Origin: Octopus sinensis | Taxonomy: Eukaryota | Assembly (NCBI RefSeq): GCF_006345805.1 | Contig: NC_043005.1 | Span: 60,512,001-60,576,000, forward strand | Direction of reading: 5' to 3' | Length of the DNA: 64,000 nucleotides | In this document: piece by piece, positions 12,078 to 25,386 of the stretch | How the letters are laid out: every line of letters begins with the position of its first letter | Position numbering within the stretch: position 1 is the first letter of the stretch | Position numbers and translations under genes: made by a program | The notes under the pieces: generated by a model | What the model saw: only the letters and a program-made list of their open reading frames with translations | What the model was told of the DNA's origin: nothing | Databases searched by the model: none

Positions 12078-12761
12078 CTGTAGAAAGCTATATATATATA
12101 TATATGGTATAATTTATATTCCATTATGAACTTTGCGTGCGCTGCTTATAAAAGTGTAAATGCTTAATCCTTCATGAATATCTATTCCAATTCTCGGGAT
12201 AGCTTATCTTGGATTTGTAATAATTATCTTTGCATTGACTTTTCTTGTCACGTACACTGCAGTGAATAATCTAAATTTATTCTACACTAGATATCGAATA
12301 AATGCACGCTAATGATATTAGACATTATTTTTGTGTATCATAGAACACTTAACTAAATGTGAGACAAACTTCGACATGACTCACGCAGTGAGAGAAGATA
12401 ACTAAATAAAATTATGTATCAAAGGAGATCTTTGAACGTTTTGTCCTGAATAATCATTTCAGTCTCCACTTTATAATAATAATAATACTTTTTCTTTCTA
12501 ATTTAGTTATATGACATGAATAAATTTTGAATGAATGGCTAGTTTATTTTATCAACACAAAAATGTTAAGAAGAAACTTTTGACTCCAAGGGTTTTGAAT
12601 CGAAAACGTAAACAATAGGAGAAAATACAGCAGATAAAAAATTACACTCAGAAAGCCAAATGAAGAAATACTGTACATAGTAACGAGGATTCCAGAGAAC
12701 GATCGACGATAATTGAAAAATAATTAGAGTCTACTGTGAACAAAACAATATATCTATTCTG

Positions 12762-12868
12762 TGCCTTTCGGGATCGATAAATTAAGAAACAATTGCGTGC
12801 TGAAGTTGAGCAAATCGACAGGCCCCCTCGCCAAAAATTTCGGCCCTGTGCCTAGAGTAGAAAAGAAT
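12762..12868 (+). mobile_element. SINE 3' half
   Basis: CCTTTCGGGATCGATAAATTAAG..AAAATTTCGGCCCTGTGCCTAGAGTAGAAAAGAAT. Confidence 0.7.
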
Positions 12869-12924
12869 ATATACATTCTGTATTACATTTTATCATATGT
12901 CTGTGTGTGTGTCTGTTTTATTTA

Positions 12925-13632
12925 AGCCATCCCACTGATGTTACTCAGTAGTTTTCATAACATGCCACCATGGTCTTAATGAAGACTGGGGCGTGGTTTT
13001 CACATTCCAGTTTGTCCTGGGCTTTTTCATGCGAAATTGCTTTTGCTTCACCGCCAGCAGCTTGGAGACCAATTTCACCGACACTCTCCGCGTACAAAAA
13101 AGCTTCGCTGAAATTCACTGACCCGGAAATACACCGATCCTGTTCTTATTTCCACTTCATGAGCAATTTCTTAGATTGTTACACGACGGTCTGTCATGAC
13201 CATTCACCGAAACTTTTTAATCGGCTCCTCGTTTCAGCTGCAAATGGCCTGCCTGAGTATGCATCGCTCTTACAGAGGTGCAGCCATGTTTGAAACAGTT
13301 GTACCACTCTTTGATCTGCGTTTTGTCCATCATCGCCAAAGTCCTGCTGAATATTCTGGATGGTTTGAGCTTCAGTATCAAGTTTTTGGCAAAGCTCTTT
13401 GCAATATCTCTGCTCAATGTGCATGGCCATCTTGAGTGAAAACGGAAATTCCGACGAGCGCTGATTATATGTCTCTACTCTAGGCATAACCGCCGGTAAA
13501 TGACCGGCCCGAAAGTTTTTGAAGGTGCACAGGAAGGGTGGCTTCACCTCCCACCTAAGAGGATTTTCTCCCAAGTGGTAGTAGTGGTGGAGGTAAAAAA
13601 TAAAGTCAGATTCTTTTTGAACCGAACCCATG
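12925..13632 (-). mobile_element. Mariner-like transposon remnant (5' TIR plus HTH region)
   Basis: MAMHIEQRYCKELCQKL..TIQNIQQDFGDD / TQIKEWYNCFKHG..SDAYSGRP is a mariner N-terminal HTH; TIR-like GGTTCGGTTCAAAAAGAATCTGAC at the right end. Confidence 0.8.
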
Positions 13633-14099
13633 TGTGTGAGTGAGTGTGTGCGTGGTGGGGTATGTCTGTCTGTCTATGCCTGTTAATTATAGAAAATTAA
13701 TGAATAATATAGTTTTTATTCTTCATACCTACTAGCGAAAATAATGGCATGTTTCACCCTTGTTTTAACCTGATCAATTCATTGTGGTTTCTTTTCGTGA
13801 TTAGTGCGATAGCTTATCGAATACAGTTCAATAAATAGATGAACTGAATCAAATAGCTTGCTTTTATCTGTCTGGTGCCGATAAACAAAGTATTGGTTTT
13901 TCGCAATGGAGTAGCAGGGACGCTAGATTGCTGCATAGAGTGACGTGCAGCATTTGTCCAAGTACTTCGCGCTCTTCAGAATTCAAATTTTGCCGTATCT
14001 TGCTTGGAGATCGATATACTTATTCTTTCATTTAGTATAATACTATGACCTAGTTTTTCGGTGTATCTTGCATTCAGTGAATTTGTCAATTTTCTTTTA

Positions 14100-14669
14100 A
14101 ATATTCGCATCATTTCTTGTCAAAAGAACAATGAATTAATTATATGAGTATAGAAACCGATGCCGTAACCATTGGAGCGAACAACGTACATTGTCGGATG
14201 AATGATCAGAGAAATTCGAAGCAGTTTATCTAAGGCGCCCTGAGAACAAATAAAGGCTGCGGTTTCAAAACTGGATAGAACTATTAATGAACGCATTTGA
14301 AATAAATAATATCGTATAACACCACCACAATTTCGCACTCAGTCAGATTGATTTCGTACAAAAATTAATATTGGCTCTTGGCTCCCGAAAAAAATCTTCT
14401 TTTGGACGCATTTGATCATAAAATGATCAAATGTACCGCACAGCATTGTGGCAGTCATTTCTGCCGCATTTACATATTTAAAAATATTCTTTGATGAGAG
14501 GTTGTAAGGCAGTGGCCATGCCCATCTTTTGGGAAGCCTCGGAGTTTGTTGGAAATATGTGAAAATATTTGTCTCAGGTACCTTGCGTCTTCGAATGATG
14601 GTAACAGCATAAGTTATGTTAAAGGTATACAAGTGTTAGATGGTACTCTTAAACGGACCTTTTGAATGA
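14100..14669 (-). pseudogene. Channel exon remnant: linker plus repeat III S1-S5
   Basis: TACAG acceptor; one frame of about 190 codons with few stops: LCGTFDHFMIKCVQKKIFFG..FVRNQSD*VRNCGGVIRYYLFQMRSLIVLSSFETAAFIC..LLRISLII (S2-S4-like). Confidence 0.6.
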
Positions 14670-16319
14670 CTGTATTTCTCAAGAACAATAACGAGGCATC
14701 ATTCGGGTTTCCTTACAGTTTTGTCCACAGATTGGCTTTGGTTGAACTGAGAGTAAAAACACTTGCTCTGCTGAGTGAGCTATGTAATTGTGAAGAGAAA
14801 TTCTTAAACATACATCTATGACTATCAAACACACTTTTAGGCTGAAATCATCGATTTTTATGTAGGCGCAACGTCTAATATGTAGGCCATTATTACAGTC
14901 GATTAACTCGCTCCCTTTACATTAATCATTCTTTCTTCTATCGTCCTCAAAGGATTAAATGTAAAATTGACCATGACGCGATGCGAAATCAGTAGGTTAA
15001 GCGACATAACTAAATACAACATGACATTACGTGCCCCGCTTTACCATTGCAGATAATTAACTGCCCACTGTGATTCAGAACCCAATACTGAAAGCAATAG
15101 TGTCTCAGTGCTTAATATTTATTAGAATCTTAATATTGATTTCTACGTAACCTGACGTTAGAAAATTGTAAGGGTAAATTAGTAGGTTGAATCGACCGTA
15201 GCATATTTTGGTTCTCTAATTAGTTTATAGATGCCAGACAGATGACACGCACAGTCGTACATAAAAGAGAAGCATTGAATAATATTCGGCATTTAATCCT
15301 TCACTTATATATTTCAAACAGGCTATCGCCTTCAACTAATGTTAATATTGCACCATATATTTAAGTATGTGTTATATTTGAGGGTATCTATCTCCCCCTT
15401 TCAACTGTTTCGCTTCGATAACGCTACTAATATATATACAAATTCATGAAGAATAAAGACTAATACTTTACACATAAATTAGAATTTTTCTTCTGCATAT
15501 ATGAACGCCTTGTAGGTTTTCTTTTTTTTTTTTTTGTTAATAACGTTACAGTTATTTCTTTTTCGAAGGGGGTTTCTTTTAATTTCCTGTTTCACATGTA
15601 CTTTAAACAAAAGGAAAATACAAAAAGAAATAACCAATGATATCTAACATCGACTTTTTACGTTCTCGTCTATAACATTATCTATAATCAAGTTGCAGTG
15701 GATTTCATTTGTTCTTTCTTATGCTTAACATCGTTGCAATCACTAAATGGGGAGAAAAAAAAGTAACTCTCGCGTCACTTTACATTTCAAATATACGTAA
15801 ATTTGTGCTTCTCTGCACACAATTGGTAAATTCATATTCAGGATTCAATGACACTCAGAAGGATTTTTCATTACGTCTTCAATATGTGTAGGTTTGCAAT
15901 AGAGTTTAGCATTTCTTAATAAAAGATTCCTATGTAATTTTGTAATTTGGCGTACATGCGGAAATTCTCTGACACAATAAAAGAAAGGTGGTTCTAAAAT
16001 GAGATTGTTGTTGTAGAAGTATAGCTTCAGGTCATCTCTGAACGAGCAGACCTATTATCCAAGGGATTTCAAATATGACTAACCTTGGTGGTTTAATGAT
16101 AGATTTAGTAATGCATCGGCAGGGCAACTTGGGGTTTGAATACGTTCGTTTGCATTCAGATTTCTGAATTTCGTCAGTTCTACTTTACTTTTTTTCTTTC
16201 CTCAACCAACAAAGTAAATACTTATTGTTTGTGCTTTATAATCTACTCTAGAAAGAAATAATCAACCAAAGACGAAGTCCTATCACTGAAACAAGTATCA
16301 CTAAAGAAAATTAATGAAA

Positions 16320-17598
16320 TACGAGGGGCATTCAATAAGTAATGCCCCTGATCCACTTCCCATAGCAGTAGAGCAACGAAACTTTGCACAGTTATTAGTC
16401 TTTTTCTACATAGAAACCACCCAGAGTTACGTATTTCTCCCATTGTTTGATGCAGCTCTGGAGACCGTTTTTATAGAAGACCCCAGCTTGGTCCTCTAAC
16501 CTGAACGCGACTTCAGAAATCAAGGCTGCATCATCTGGGAAACGCTTTCTTTTCAAAAACAACTTCATGACTGGGAAGAGGTGAAAATCAGAGGGTGCAA
16601 TGTCAGGAAAGTAGGGGGTGGGGGAGGAGTTCATAGCCATACGCCTGTGCTTCTGATCTGGTGACAAGCGAGTTGTGGACCGGAGCGTTGTCCTGCAGGA
16701 GGAGGATGCCTTTGCTGATCTTGCCCCGCCTTTTGATTTTAATAACTTCTCTTAATTTCCTCAAAAGTGAAGCATAATAGGCTCCTGCAATTGTGGTACC
16801 CTTTGCCTGGAAATCTGTCATCACTACTCCGTCCTGGTCCCAGAAGACAGTGAGCATGACCTTGCCAGCGGAGGGCTGTACCCTTGCCTTCTTTGGAGGG
16901 GGTGAGTCATGGTGCTTCCACTGCATTGACTGGGCTTTGGTCTCTGGATCATCGTGATGGACCCAGGTTTCATCCTGTGTAATCAGTCTTTTGAAAAACT
17001 TTGATTCTTCTTGGCACATCTCCAAATTCACCCTCGAGCACTCGACGCGTTCTTGCTTCTGGAAAGGCGTGAGCAACCTGGGAATCCATCTGGCAGATAC
17101 CTTTTGCATATGCAAATGGTCATGAATGATAGTTTTCACAGATCCGGTACTAATCTTGACCTCATGGGCTATTTGGCGAATAGTTATGCGTCGATCTTCC
17201 AAAATGGCAGCCTCAACTTGACGGACAGATGCCTCATCAATGGCAGAAGGGGGCGATCAGATCTGGGAGCTGTTTCCACAGAGTTCCGACCATGTTTGAA
17301 TTCACGATGCCAGCGTTTTACAAGGTCATATGATGGGGCATCATCACCATAAGTTACTTTCATTTCATCAAACGTCTCCCGTGGTGTGCGTCTTTTCAAA
17401 TGCAAAACCGGATCACTGCTCGATACTCAACAGGCTCCATTTAACACTTGACTCGGCTCAAACACCTGTAAATCAGAAACCACAATTAATTCAGTGCTGT
17501 AATTTGCCACTTACTCTATAGAGATATAAATGATTGCACATGCAAAATTTCAGCTAGATCAAACAAATGCAAGTGGGTCAGAAGCATTACTTATTGAA
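16320..17598 (-). mobile_element. Mariner (DD34D-type) DNA transposon, near full length
   Basis: TIR TACGAGGGGCATTCAATAAGTAATG at 16320; inverted partial copy at 17571-17598; contains a transposase pseudogene. Confidence 0.92.
16395..17440 (-). pseudogene. Mariner transposase, frameshifted
   Basis: MEPVEYRAVIRF..; VSARWIPRLLT (WVPHEL-like); catalytic motifs ITQDETWVHH, LLQDNAPVH and PDIAPSDFHLF; split over three frames. Confidence 0.92.
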
Positions 17599-17599
17599 C

Positions 17600-19560
17600 T
17601 TTTTCAAAACACTAGGGTGGAATTTGAGCGATGTTTCATTGATTAGTCTTCTGATTTTATCCATTATTGTTTTTCCTGAGTGTCTTAGTTCTTCCTTGTA
17701 GTAGGCTTGGTTTCTTAAAATTTCCAATATTGTATCTTTATAATAGTTCTCATCGATGATTACTATGGCCCCTCCCTTATCGGCTTCTTTTTGAATGATT
17801 GAGTTGTCATTCTTCAGTGTTTGTAAGGCTTCCTTTTCCACTTCACGAAGGTTTTATTTGCATCTGTGTGTATTTGGGGGAAATTTTGAAATCGTGTCTA
17901 TATACAAGCCTAAATATTTGTCCTTTCATTTGTAGCGGATGAAGTGGAATTTATATCTGACTATTGATTCATAATTTAAATCTTTATTACTGAAGAATTC
18001 TGTAAGTCGGAGGTGGCGGTTGAAGTGTTCAATATCAGATAACAATTCAATGAGATTAGGGGTGGGTTTCAGAGTGAACTTGAAACCTTTTAATAAGAGG
18101 TTCATCTCATTGTTGTTGAGGTTCTTATTTGACAAATGTATGATCTTCGGGTCTATATGCTGTATGTGTTCATATAAACTTTGTGTATTATCGGGTCCGG
18201 TGCGTGATTTTGGCGTTTTCTCCCTAAAAAAGGAATTGTGTTACCATGTCTTCGTTTTCTGATCTCGGCGTTCTGGTTTCCATGTAGGTGGGAGGATGGT
18301 CCATATCTTTTATACGAATTCCGTGGGTTATAAGTTTAGTTTCCTTCCATATTCCATGTTTTTTTCGCCATTCAGAACATATGGGATTTTGGTCGTAAAT
18401 CGAGTGTTGCTTGATTATTATGATTATTATTTTTATTATAGTACCTGTACTGTCTCTATTCTATTTGTATTTCTTTCCATGTATTCATCCATCTAGGGTA
18501 CATGTCATTACGGATTGGTGGTTTTCTGTATGCTATTTGTCTTTCATGCCTGTTTTACTTTTTATTTATCCATCTAAGGTGTTTGGACTTATCTGTTGAT
18601 GGTTTTCTCCTATATTTCATGCGTTGGCTATTTGCAGTGTTATGTATTGTAGAATATGGGTTTCTAGTCTGTACTTGGGGTGAGATGGAGGTCATTTTGC
18701 GTATGGCCTTGGGTAACTACAGGTTCGATACCTCAGTCCGGTTCCTCTGGGGTTAGTGTCTATGTTTGTTTTCGATTTCCTCGTATCTCTTTGTTGTGGT
18801 GGTTTCGTTTTTATAATGTATTTGTCTCCATAGTTTTTTCATAGTTAGTGAACCACCCTTGTTTTACTCACATTTTTATGTATTCTTCTTCTTCCCACTT
18901 TGTGACTTCTTTCGATTGTTTTTGCAGTTTTTTATGACATCGATTGTCACTCCGATCAGCAAATTCAGTAAACAACTGCGTCAATATTTTTAACTTTTTC
19001 ATTATCTTATTTTTCGTGATTGTAGTAGAGCGATTTCCTTATCCAGTCGGCATAGAGCTAAATTCGCACGTATCCTTGTCTCTTTCAGTGATTCACTTCT
19101 TGTTTCTTTAATAGGAAATCTTCTGGGCAGGATTGGGCTTTCTTTGTTTCGCCAGTTCCGGTAGGTATTTACTATATTGTTGCATCGAATGCTCTTCCAA
19201 TATGCATGTTTCTTTTAATTAAGGAGTTTCTTCCACAGATGGAATTTTAAGATGTTTTGTTGTTGTACTTCCAATGATGTTGGTTCAAGTCAGTTTGTTC
19301 TCGCTACTTTCTTGTTGTTTGTCTCTGTTTTTAGAGCACCTTCTGTATGGCTGTCATTCAGAGTTTTACCTGTATTGGTGAAGATTGTATCCAGTCTTGA
19401 AATAAGTAAATTTAACTTATTAGATATTTCTGTGAGAAGTTCTCCTGTATTTTTGGCGTTTCTCGGCTGTGAATTTGATTGTGTTCCATTCATTCTGGCG
19501 TCTTGTACATCCAAAGAGATATGTATAGAGTGTTAAATGTGATGTACAGAAATCGAATAT
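17600..19560 (-). mobile_element. Penelope-like element, 5' part (N-terminus to start of RT), degraded
   Basis: LSNKNLNNNEMNLLLKGFKF and LKNDNSIIQKEADKGGAIVIID are characteristic PLE pre-RT/RT motifs; upstream boundary approximate. Confidence 0.75.
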
Positions 19561-20264
19561 TGAGAAAAACAGTCGTCAGAATTTGGGGAAAAAATATTTT
19601 TATTTCTTCTTTATTATTAGCGTTTTCGTTCCTTTCTCGAACTTGTCAAATAAAATTTTGTGAATGTAAAAGCAGCTTGTTCATTTATATAAAACAGATG
19701 TTTTTCGGAGGTTTTGTTTAGAAGAGGACACTGTTTTTGCTTTTTTGGGTTTTTATTTTTTGTTTTTGTTTTTTGAGGTACCATGACAATGGAGATGGAT
19801 AGATAGAAATATAGGTAAGTAGATAGATAGATAAATAGATAGATAGATAGATAGTCAGACAGATAGACAGGGAGGTAGAGGGAAAGAGAGAGAAGGGTTA
19901 TATCCCTTCCTATTCATCAATCAATCATGTATTTATTTATTTAGACTTTTACCATTGTATTGGAATGGGTTTAAGAATGGTGACCTCTTAAAAAAAACAG
20001 GTGCGGTTTGGTCATCACTGAAAGCCATTTTGCTTTCTTTCTCTCTTTCACATTTTTCCTTCTTTTTTCTTTCTTTCTTTTCTCCTCTTTAAGTTATATT
20101 TACAATACAAAATGTACTGTCACCCCTTCCAAACATTAATTTTGGGAGGGAATTTTTTGATGAATATAGTTCTGCATGAAGAAACATTAGTATAATATTA
20201 GCAAATTAACAATTTGAAAAATCAATCAATCAATAAAATGAAATGATATATATATATATATATG

Positions 20265-21434
20265 TTTATATATATAAAACTGAGAATGTGTGTCTGTCTG
20301 TCTGTGTGTTTCCCTAAAACTACAGAACCAATTTCATTCAAATTTTACACATGCCTTACTTAGGGTCCGGGGAGTGTCATCGGCAAAAAAAGTTTTAACT
20401 TCTTGCCTAGGGCGAGCCCACAGCAATATCATATCTTCTCCAATACGATTCCCTAAAACTTGAGAACTTCGCATCCAATTTCATTCAAACTGTACACATG
20501 CCATAATTAGGGTCCATGTAGTTTCATGGGCAAAAAAATGTTCAACATCTTGCCTAGAGCGTGCCCATAGCAATATCATATCTTCTCCACTATTTCAGTA
20601 TTACGTGTTAAAAGTGAAACAAAACATTTCTCTATTTTATGTCAGATACTTTCACTTTAACAATAAAAATAATAATAACAATTGAATTATATGTAGTAAG
20701 TAATAATTAAAATCAAACTAAAGTATAATATAATCGTAACATAAAAAAAGTAAAAATAGCAATTGGTATAAAATTGCATCAATGACTTGAACTTGAATAA
20801 GTGGTTTCACATGAATGGGAATAAATTAAAAAAAAATTAGCGTGCAGAAATGGAATAGTCCAGATGGATAATAAAAAATTAAATTAAAGAAAAGACTATT
20901 GTCTATAAAGTATACGATGTAGAGAAAAAAGATTTGAACACATGGAGGAAAGCACCTTCAAAATGTGTCTTGGTGCGATTATAAAAGATATCTAATCAGA
21001 GGCGGTAAATTCGCCACAATTGAAGCAAGGTTCGAGTTAACGGAGCGTGCAAGGGAGTACTCGACTCGAACTTGCAAAGTGGAAATATTTTACTTTTACC
21101 TTTATATCTGGGATGTAGGACGTCCCGGAAAAAAATTTAAATGCTCCCCACCCCCCACCCCAGAAGTAGAGGTAGGCTGGATTGTAGCCACACTTCTACA
21201 CAAGAGGGAGGACAAGATACAATTAATCGAATTTACAGGAGACGGGCCTACAATTCCAGTCTGTTATGTATTTTGAGTATTGTTATCACTAGCGATATCA
21301 AGATATAACTTTGTATTTTGGATTTTATGTGTTGATGTATATATATAGATGTACATGTAATATGTACACATATATATACACATATATACATGCACTAGCA
21401 CTCTGACCCGGCAACGACGGGTCTTTAATGCTAG
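20265..21434 (+). mobile_element. Non-autonomous Helitron
   Basis: 5' (T)TATATATATAAAA..GTGTGTCTGTCTG..AACCAATTTCATTCAAATTTTACAC; 3' hairpin GACCCG-GCAACGA-CGGGTC (21405-21423) followed by CTAG|T at 21431-21435. Confidence 0.75.
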
Positions 21435-21613
21435 TATATATATATATATATATACGCAAAGGTAGAGCATCCCAGTGCTATACACACACATATATATATG
21501 TATGTATATATCTGAACATTTGTAGAGATGAGCCACATTTAGTATAAGGAATTCAAATTCTCCACTTTACCTTCAAACATTCAATTTTGCGGAGAATCCC
21601 TTGATGAAGTGCA

Positions 21614-21659
<46 letters not shown>

Positions 21660-21899
21660 TGTGTGTGTGTGTGTGTGCGTATATATATATGTATATTTAT
21701 GTGTATGCATGTGTGTGTACTGCAGAAGCCGGTGTGTTTAACGATGTTCATTTTCTTATACATATTTGGGCCATTTCTATCCAAGCGTCACAAGATAAAG
21801 AAAAAATGAAAAAGAATACGTATGCCCGATAATGTGATTTATGTGTGTGGATTGTTGTATGTATGTATGTATGTATGTGTGTAAGAGTGTGTATGTATT

Positions 21900-22066
21900 C
21901 CAGGAACCGATGTTTTAAACATTCACGCATTGAGACAGTGGCGTCGTTTACATTGAACCAAATACATTCTACGGCTGTCTGACCAGACAATCTCCAATCG
22001 AATACTGTGTAAGAAGATTGTATGTCTAAGGCGCACTCAGAACACCCAGAGGCTGTGGTTTCAGGA
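21900..22066 (-). pseudogene. Channel exon remnant: CNBD II beta-roll
   Basis: ACACAG acceptor, phase-compatible with the exon at 22329-22409; SECALDIQSSYTV..SGQTAVECIWFNVND resembles GE..L....A.T.C.+..+.D. Confidence 0.5.
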
Positions 22067-22328
22067 CTGTGTACAATAAGGAACATGAAACATAAATGTG
22101 ATCAGACGATTGCGTCTTTAACTGTACCTTTTTCTCGATAGGGTTATTGGCACCATGCAAAGGCGTTTTAGGTCTAGAAAGACATTGTCCTAATTTGCCT
22201 GGCATGTATTCTTTGATCTGTTCAGAAACATAAGCAGTACCAAGAGCTTGCGCTATGCTCGCTTAGCAGTCAAAACCATTATAACATAAAACAAAAGTAT
22301 TAACATGCAGGCACAAATTAGGCATTAC

Positions 22329-22409
22329 CGTCTAGGTATAATGTCCACATCGCAAAGACTCAGTTTTCCACTGAGCAGAAATTTGATTATTGTGTCTTCT
22401 GTCATAGAC
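22329..22409 (-). pseudogene. Channel exon remnant: CNBD II beta2-beta4
   Basis: CCCAG acceptor and GTAATG donor; 81 nt, open: SMTEDTIIKFLLSGKLSLCDVDIIPR (cf. GD...MYFI..G.V.+.D.D). Confidence 0.55.
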
Positions 22410-22873
22410 CTGGGCAAGATAAAGCATTCAGTAAAAGCAAAGTCTTGCTTTCAGTATAAGAAATAAAACAAAAAAATATAGAATGTAGAAACGAAATAAG
22501 TACTTCATAAATTAGTCAGTGAAAAAATATATTTTCATGAATTCATTCCTTCGCAAAACGTAGCCAATTATCATATTATACTTGGTCTATTTTATAATTA
22601 TCGATATTGCTTTCCCTTTTATTTTATGCACAGAAGGTACCAGAATGTGAAATTCATTCATTTCTTACTGCTGCGTCGAAAAATATTCTTCACATGAGAA
22701 GTCGAATTTGAATAATCATTTAGATTACATTGGTCGTTAATGCTATAAATAACGTACCCAGTCATTAATTAAATTGAATTGTTTCCATAGGGATTAGAAT
22801 ATCCCAGCCAGATTAGATGTACTACGAATGTCTATAATATTTATACAATAAACACTATATACACATATTCACT

Positions 22874-22874
<1 letters not shown>

Positions 22875-22943
<69 letters not shown>

Positions 22944-23160
22944 CATACATGTGTGTGTGTGTATTTATTAATTTTGTATGCATATGCTTACACACACACA
23001 CATATATATATATCAAGACACACACAATGTGTACACACGCAAGTGTACACACATACGATTGGAAAATAGTGGCATACAAATTCAGTCACCTGCAACAATA
23101 TACGCACGAGCGCACGCAAATATTTGTAGGCAGGTATGTGCATGTATGTGTATGTATATG

Positions 23161-23215
<55 letters not shown>

Positions 23216-23254
23216 GTGTGTGTGTGTGTGTCTGTGTGTATGTATATATATATG

Positions 23255-23294
<40 letters not shown>

Positions 23295-23364
23295 CATATA
23301 TATATACATACACACAGATATATATATATATACACATATATGTATATATACACATATATGTATG

Positions 23365-23431
<67 letters not shown>

Positions 23432-23468
23432 GTGTGTGTGTGTGTGCGTGAGTGTGTATATATATATA
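22875..23468. repeat. Compound TA/TG/CA microsatellite block
   Basis: Direct inspection. Confidence 0.9.
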
Positions 23469-24274
23469 TCCCATATAATGTGTTGTTTTGTATTACTCCA
23501 TTACTATATTAATATGCAGATACGTCAGAAATTAATTTATAATATAAAGGCTAATAGGTTTTTGGCCTTTTTACCCAGCTTAATGATTCATATCAGCTGC
23601 TTCACAGTTAATCATTATCTGAATCTCAGAGAGAGCAGATTCCATCTAAATTAGCGGCTCGGAATTCCCTTTCCTTTAAACTGTTTATAGTCTATTAGGC
23701 CTGTGTGATAGGAAATATTTTATCGTATTAATCATCCACCGATCCCAAAGGTTATGGATACTCAATTTATCATAAGTGCAATTTATAAGCAAACATTCAC
23801 ATTAATGTTACTTGAATGCTCTCAATGACATTAGATACTATTAACGGCATTAGGATTTATCAGCAGTTATGCCATGAATGATAATCTGAGAACATATGTC
23901 CATTAAAAATCTCCTATGATTAAATCATATGATACATGTTACAATAGTCATTGTTGCGCAAATGTTGTCTTCGTTATTCTTTTTTATACCATTTATATTA
24001 ATTCCTTATAGAAAACTCCAAAGAACAAATAATACGAACGAGGCAAATATTGTCCAATCACTTCATGCTCGTTTGTAGATTTACCTTAAGTAAAATCATT
24101 AAAGGACCGTTTTATTTCAAATGTTTATCCCAATTCATGCAGGCCCTTTAAGGAGACTAATCTTTGATCTCTAGATTTATAATATATAAGGTTTAGTGTC
24201 TTAAGTTTGCAGTTTAAAATCCTGGCAAATGTCTCATGCAGTAGATAAAGAAACTTCTCTAATATTCTTTAAAT

Positions 24275-25334
24275 CAGGAATCCCTGATGTGGGCTCCATT
24301 TGTGAAGCTCGTCTTTCCGCAGCTCGTCTCCTTGTTGGAGTTGCAGTCCTGGGTGAAGAAAAGACGGAGACAATGTCGTCAAGCGTTATAGCCCTCTACC
24401 AGTCGATAGATGTTCCGCTTTAAACATTTCTAGAGGATTAGTGGCGGGCAAGATTGACGAAGCTCAAGGTGAGACTCTCGGCCGTGACGTGAACAAACTG
24501 GCTAGTCCATTCGGGAGGACTCTCCGGTCGGGGACTATCATAGATAGTTTCCAGATGTCGTTCGCCTGACAGTACTACCTGTTCGAGATCAATTCTACAG
24601 GTACGGATGTGCTATCAGACGGACTTGTCTGAGCTGCACGCAGGTTGACGAAACCGTTCTGTACGCCCTCGTTCAGTGTCCGTCGATTGCTGTCTTATGG
24701 GGTTATGTCGAGCTGCTGCTGTCACGTGTGGGACGGATCCGTCTGTCCACTGAGTCTGTAGTGATAATGGCACCGCCGCCCTCCTTTAGTCGTGTAGGCA
24801 ACGCAGTTTTCCATTGCCTGGTGGCTGTGGCGAAAGTGGTTGTCTGGTGGATAAGGCCGAAAGGCATGAAGGCAGATACATTCCTCATTGGTAGAGATCT
24901 CTTTGACTTCGTTTCACTTGAGAAGAAAATTGAGACTGGAGAGGGAAATGCTGCCCTCGAGTGAGTTTTTTTGGAAATGTGAGTGAAAGTTGCTAAAATG
25001 GGAAGAGTGGATAGTACCACTCTAAGTGTAGACCTGTGAGTCGGAGAGAATGAATTAGAGGGGGCACTTATTCCTAGGGTTTCAGGGAAATCTTGGACAG
25101 TGGGGTTCCTCGATTATCCCTCAAGGCCTACCTGTATCATCTCTATCATGCTCCCCGCCACACTTGTTTTTCGACCTTTGTATGCTATACATATGTCCCT
25201 TCTTTTCCAGTGTATATCCTTCTTTCACTTTTTTGTGTTTTTATCATTTCATTATATGTAAACCCTCACACTTTATGTGTGTCTTTTTATTGTCCCCTCA
25301 TCCTTCTCCTTTGTGGCAAATAAATGAAAGTCTA
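24275..25334 (+). mobile_element. L1/Tx1-clade LINE 3' fragment
   Basis: Zinc-knuckle-like SCTQVDETVLYALVQCPSIAVLWGYV and AVAKVVVWWIR of the L1/Tx1 ORF2 C-terminus; pyrimidine-rich 3' UTR ending AATAAA then (CAT)n. Confidence 0.75.
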
Positions 25335-25386
25335 CATCATCATCATCATCATCATCATCATCATTATTATTATTATTATTATTATT

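Noticed and set aside
16395-17440. Domesticated transposase (SETMAR-like); likewise a ZBED/SCAN-like gene at 38999-40471
   Set aside because: Both are frameshifted and still bounded by TIRs; no fused host domain seen.
22873-23654. Long YI/VC/HT-repeat ORFs (also 9757-10159, 31078-31538, 44671-44963, 56451-57301)
   Set aside because: Translations of TA/TG/CA microsatellites; open only because the repeats lack stop codons.
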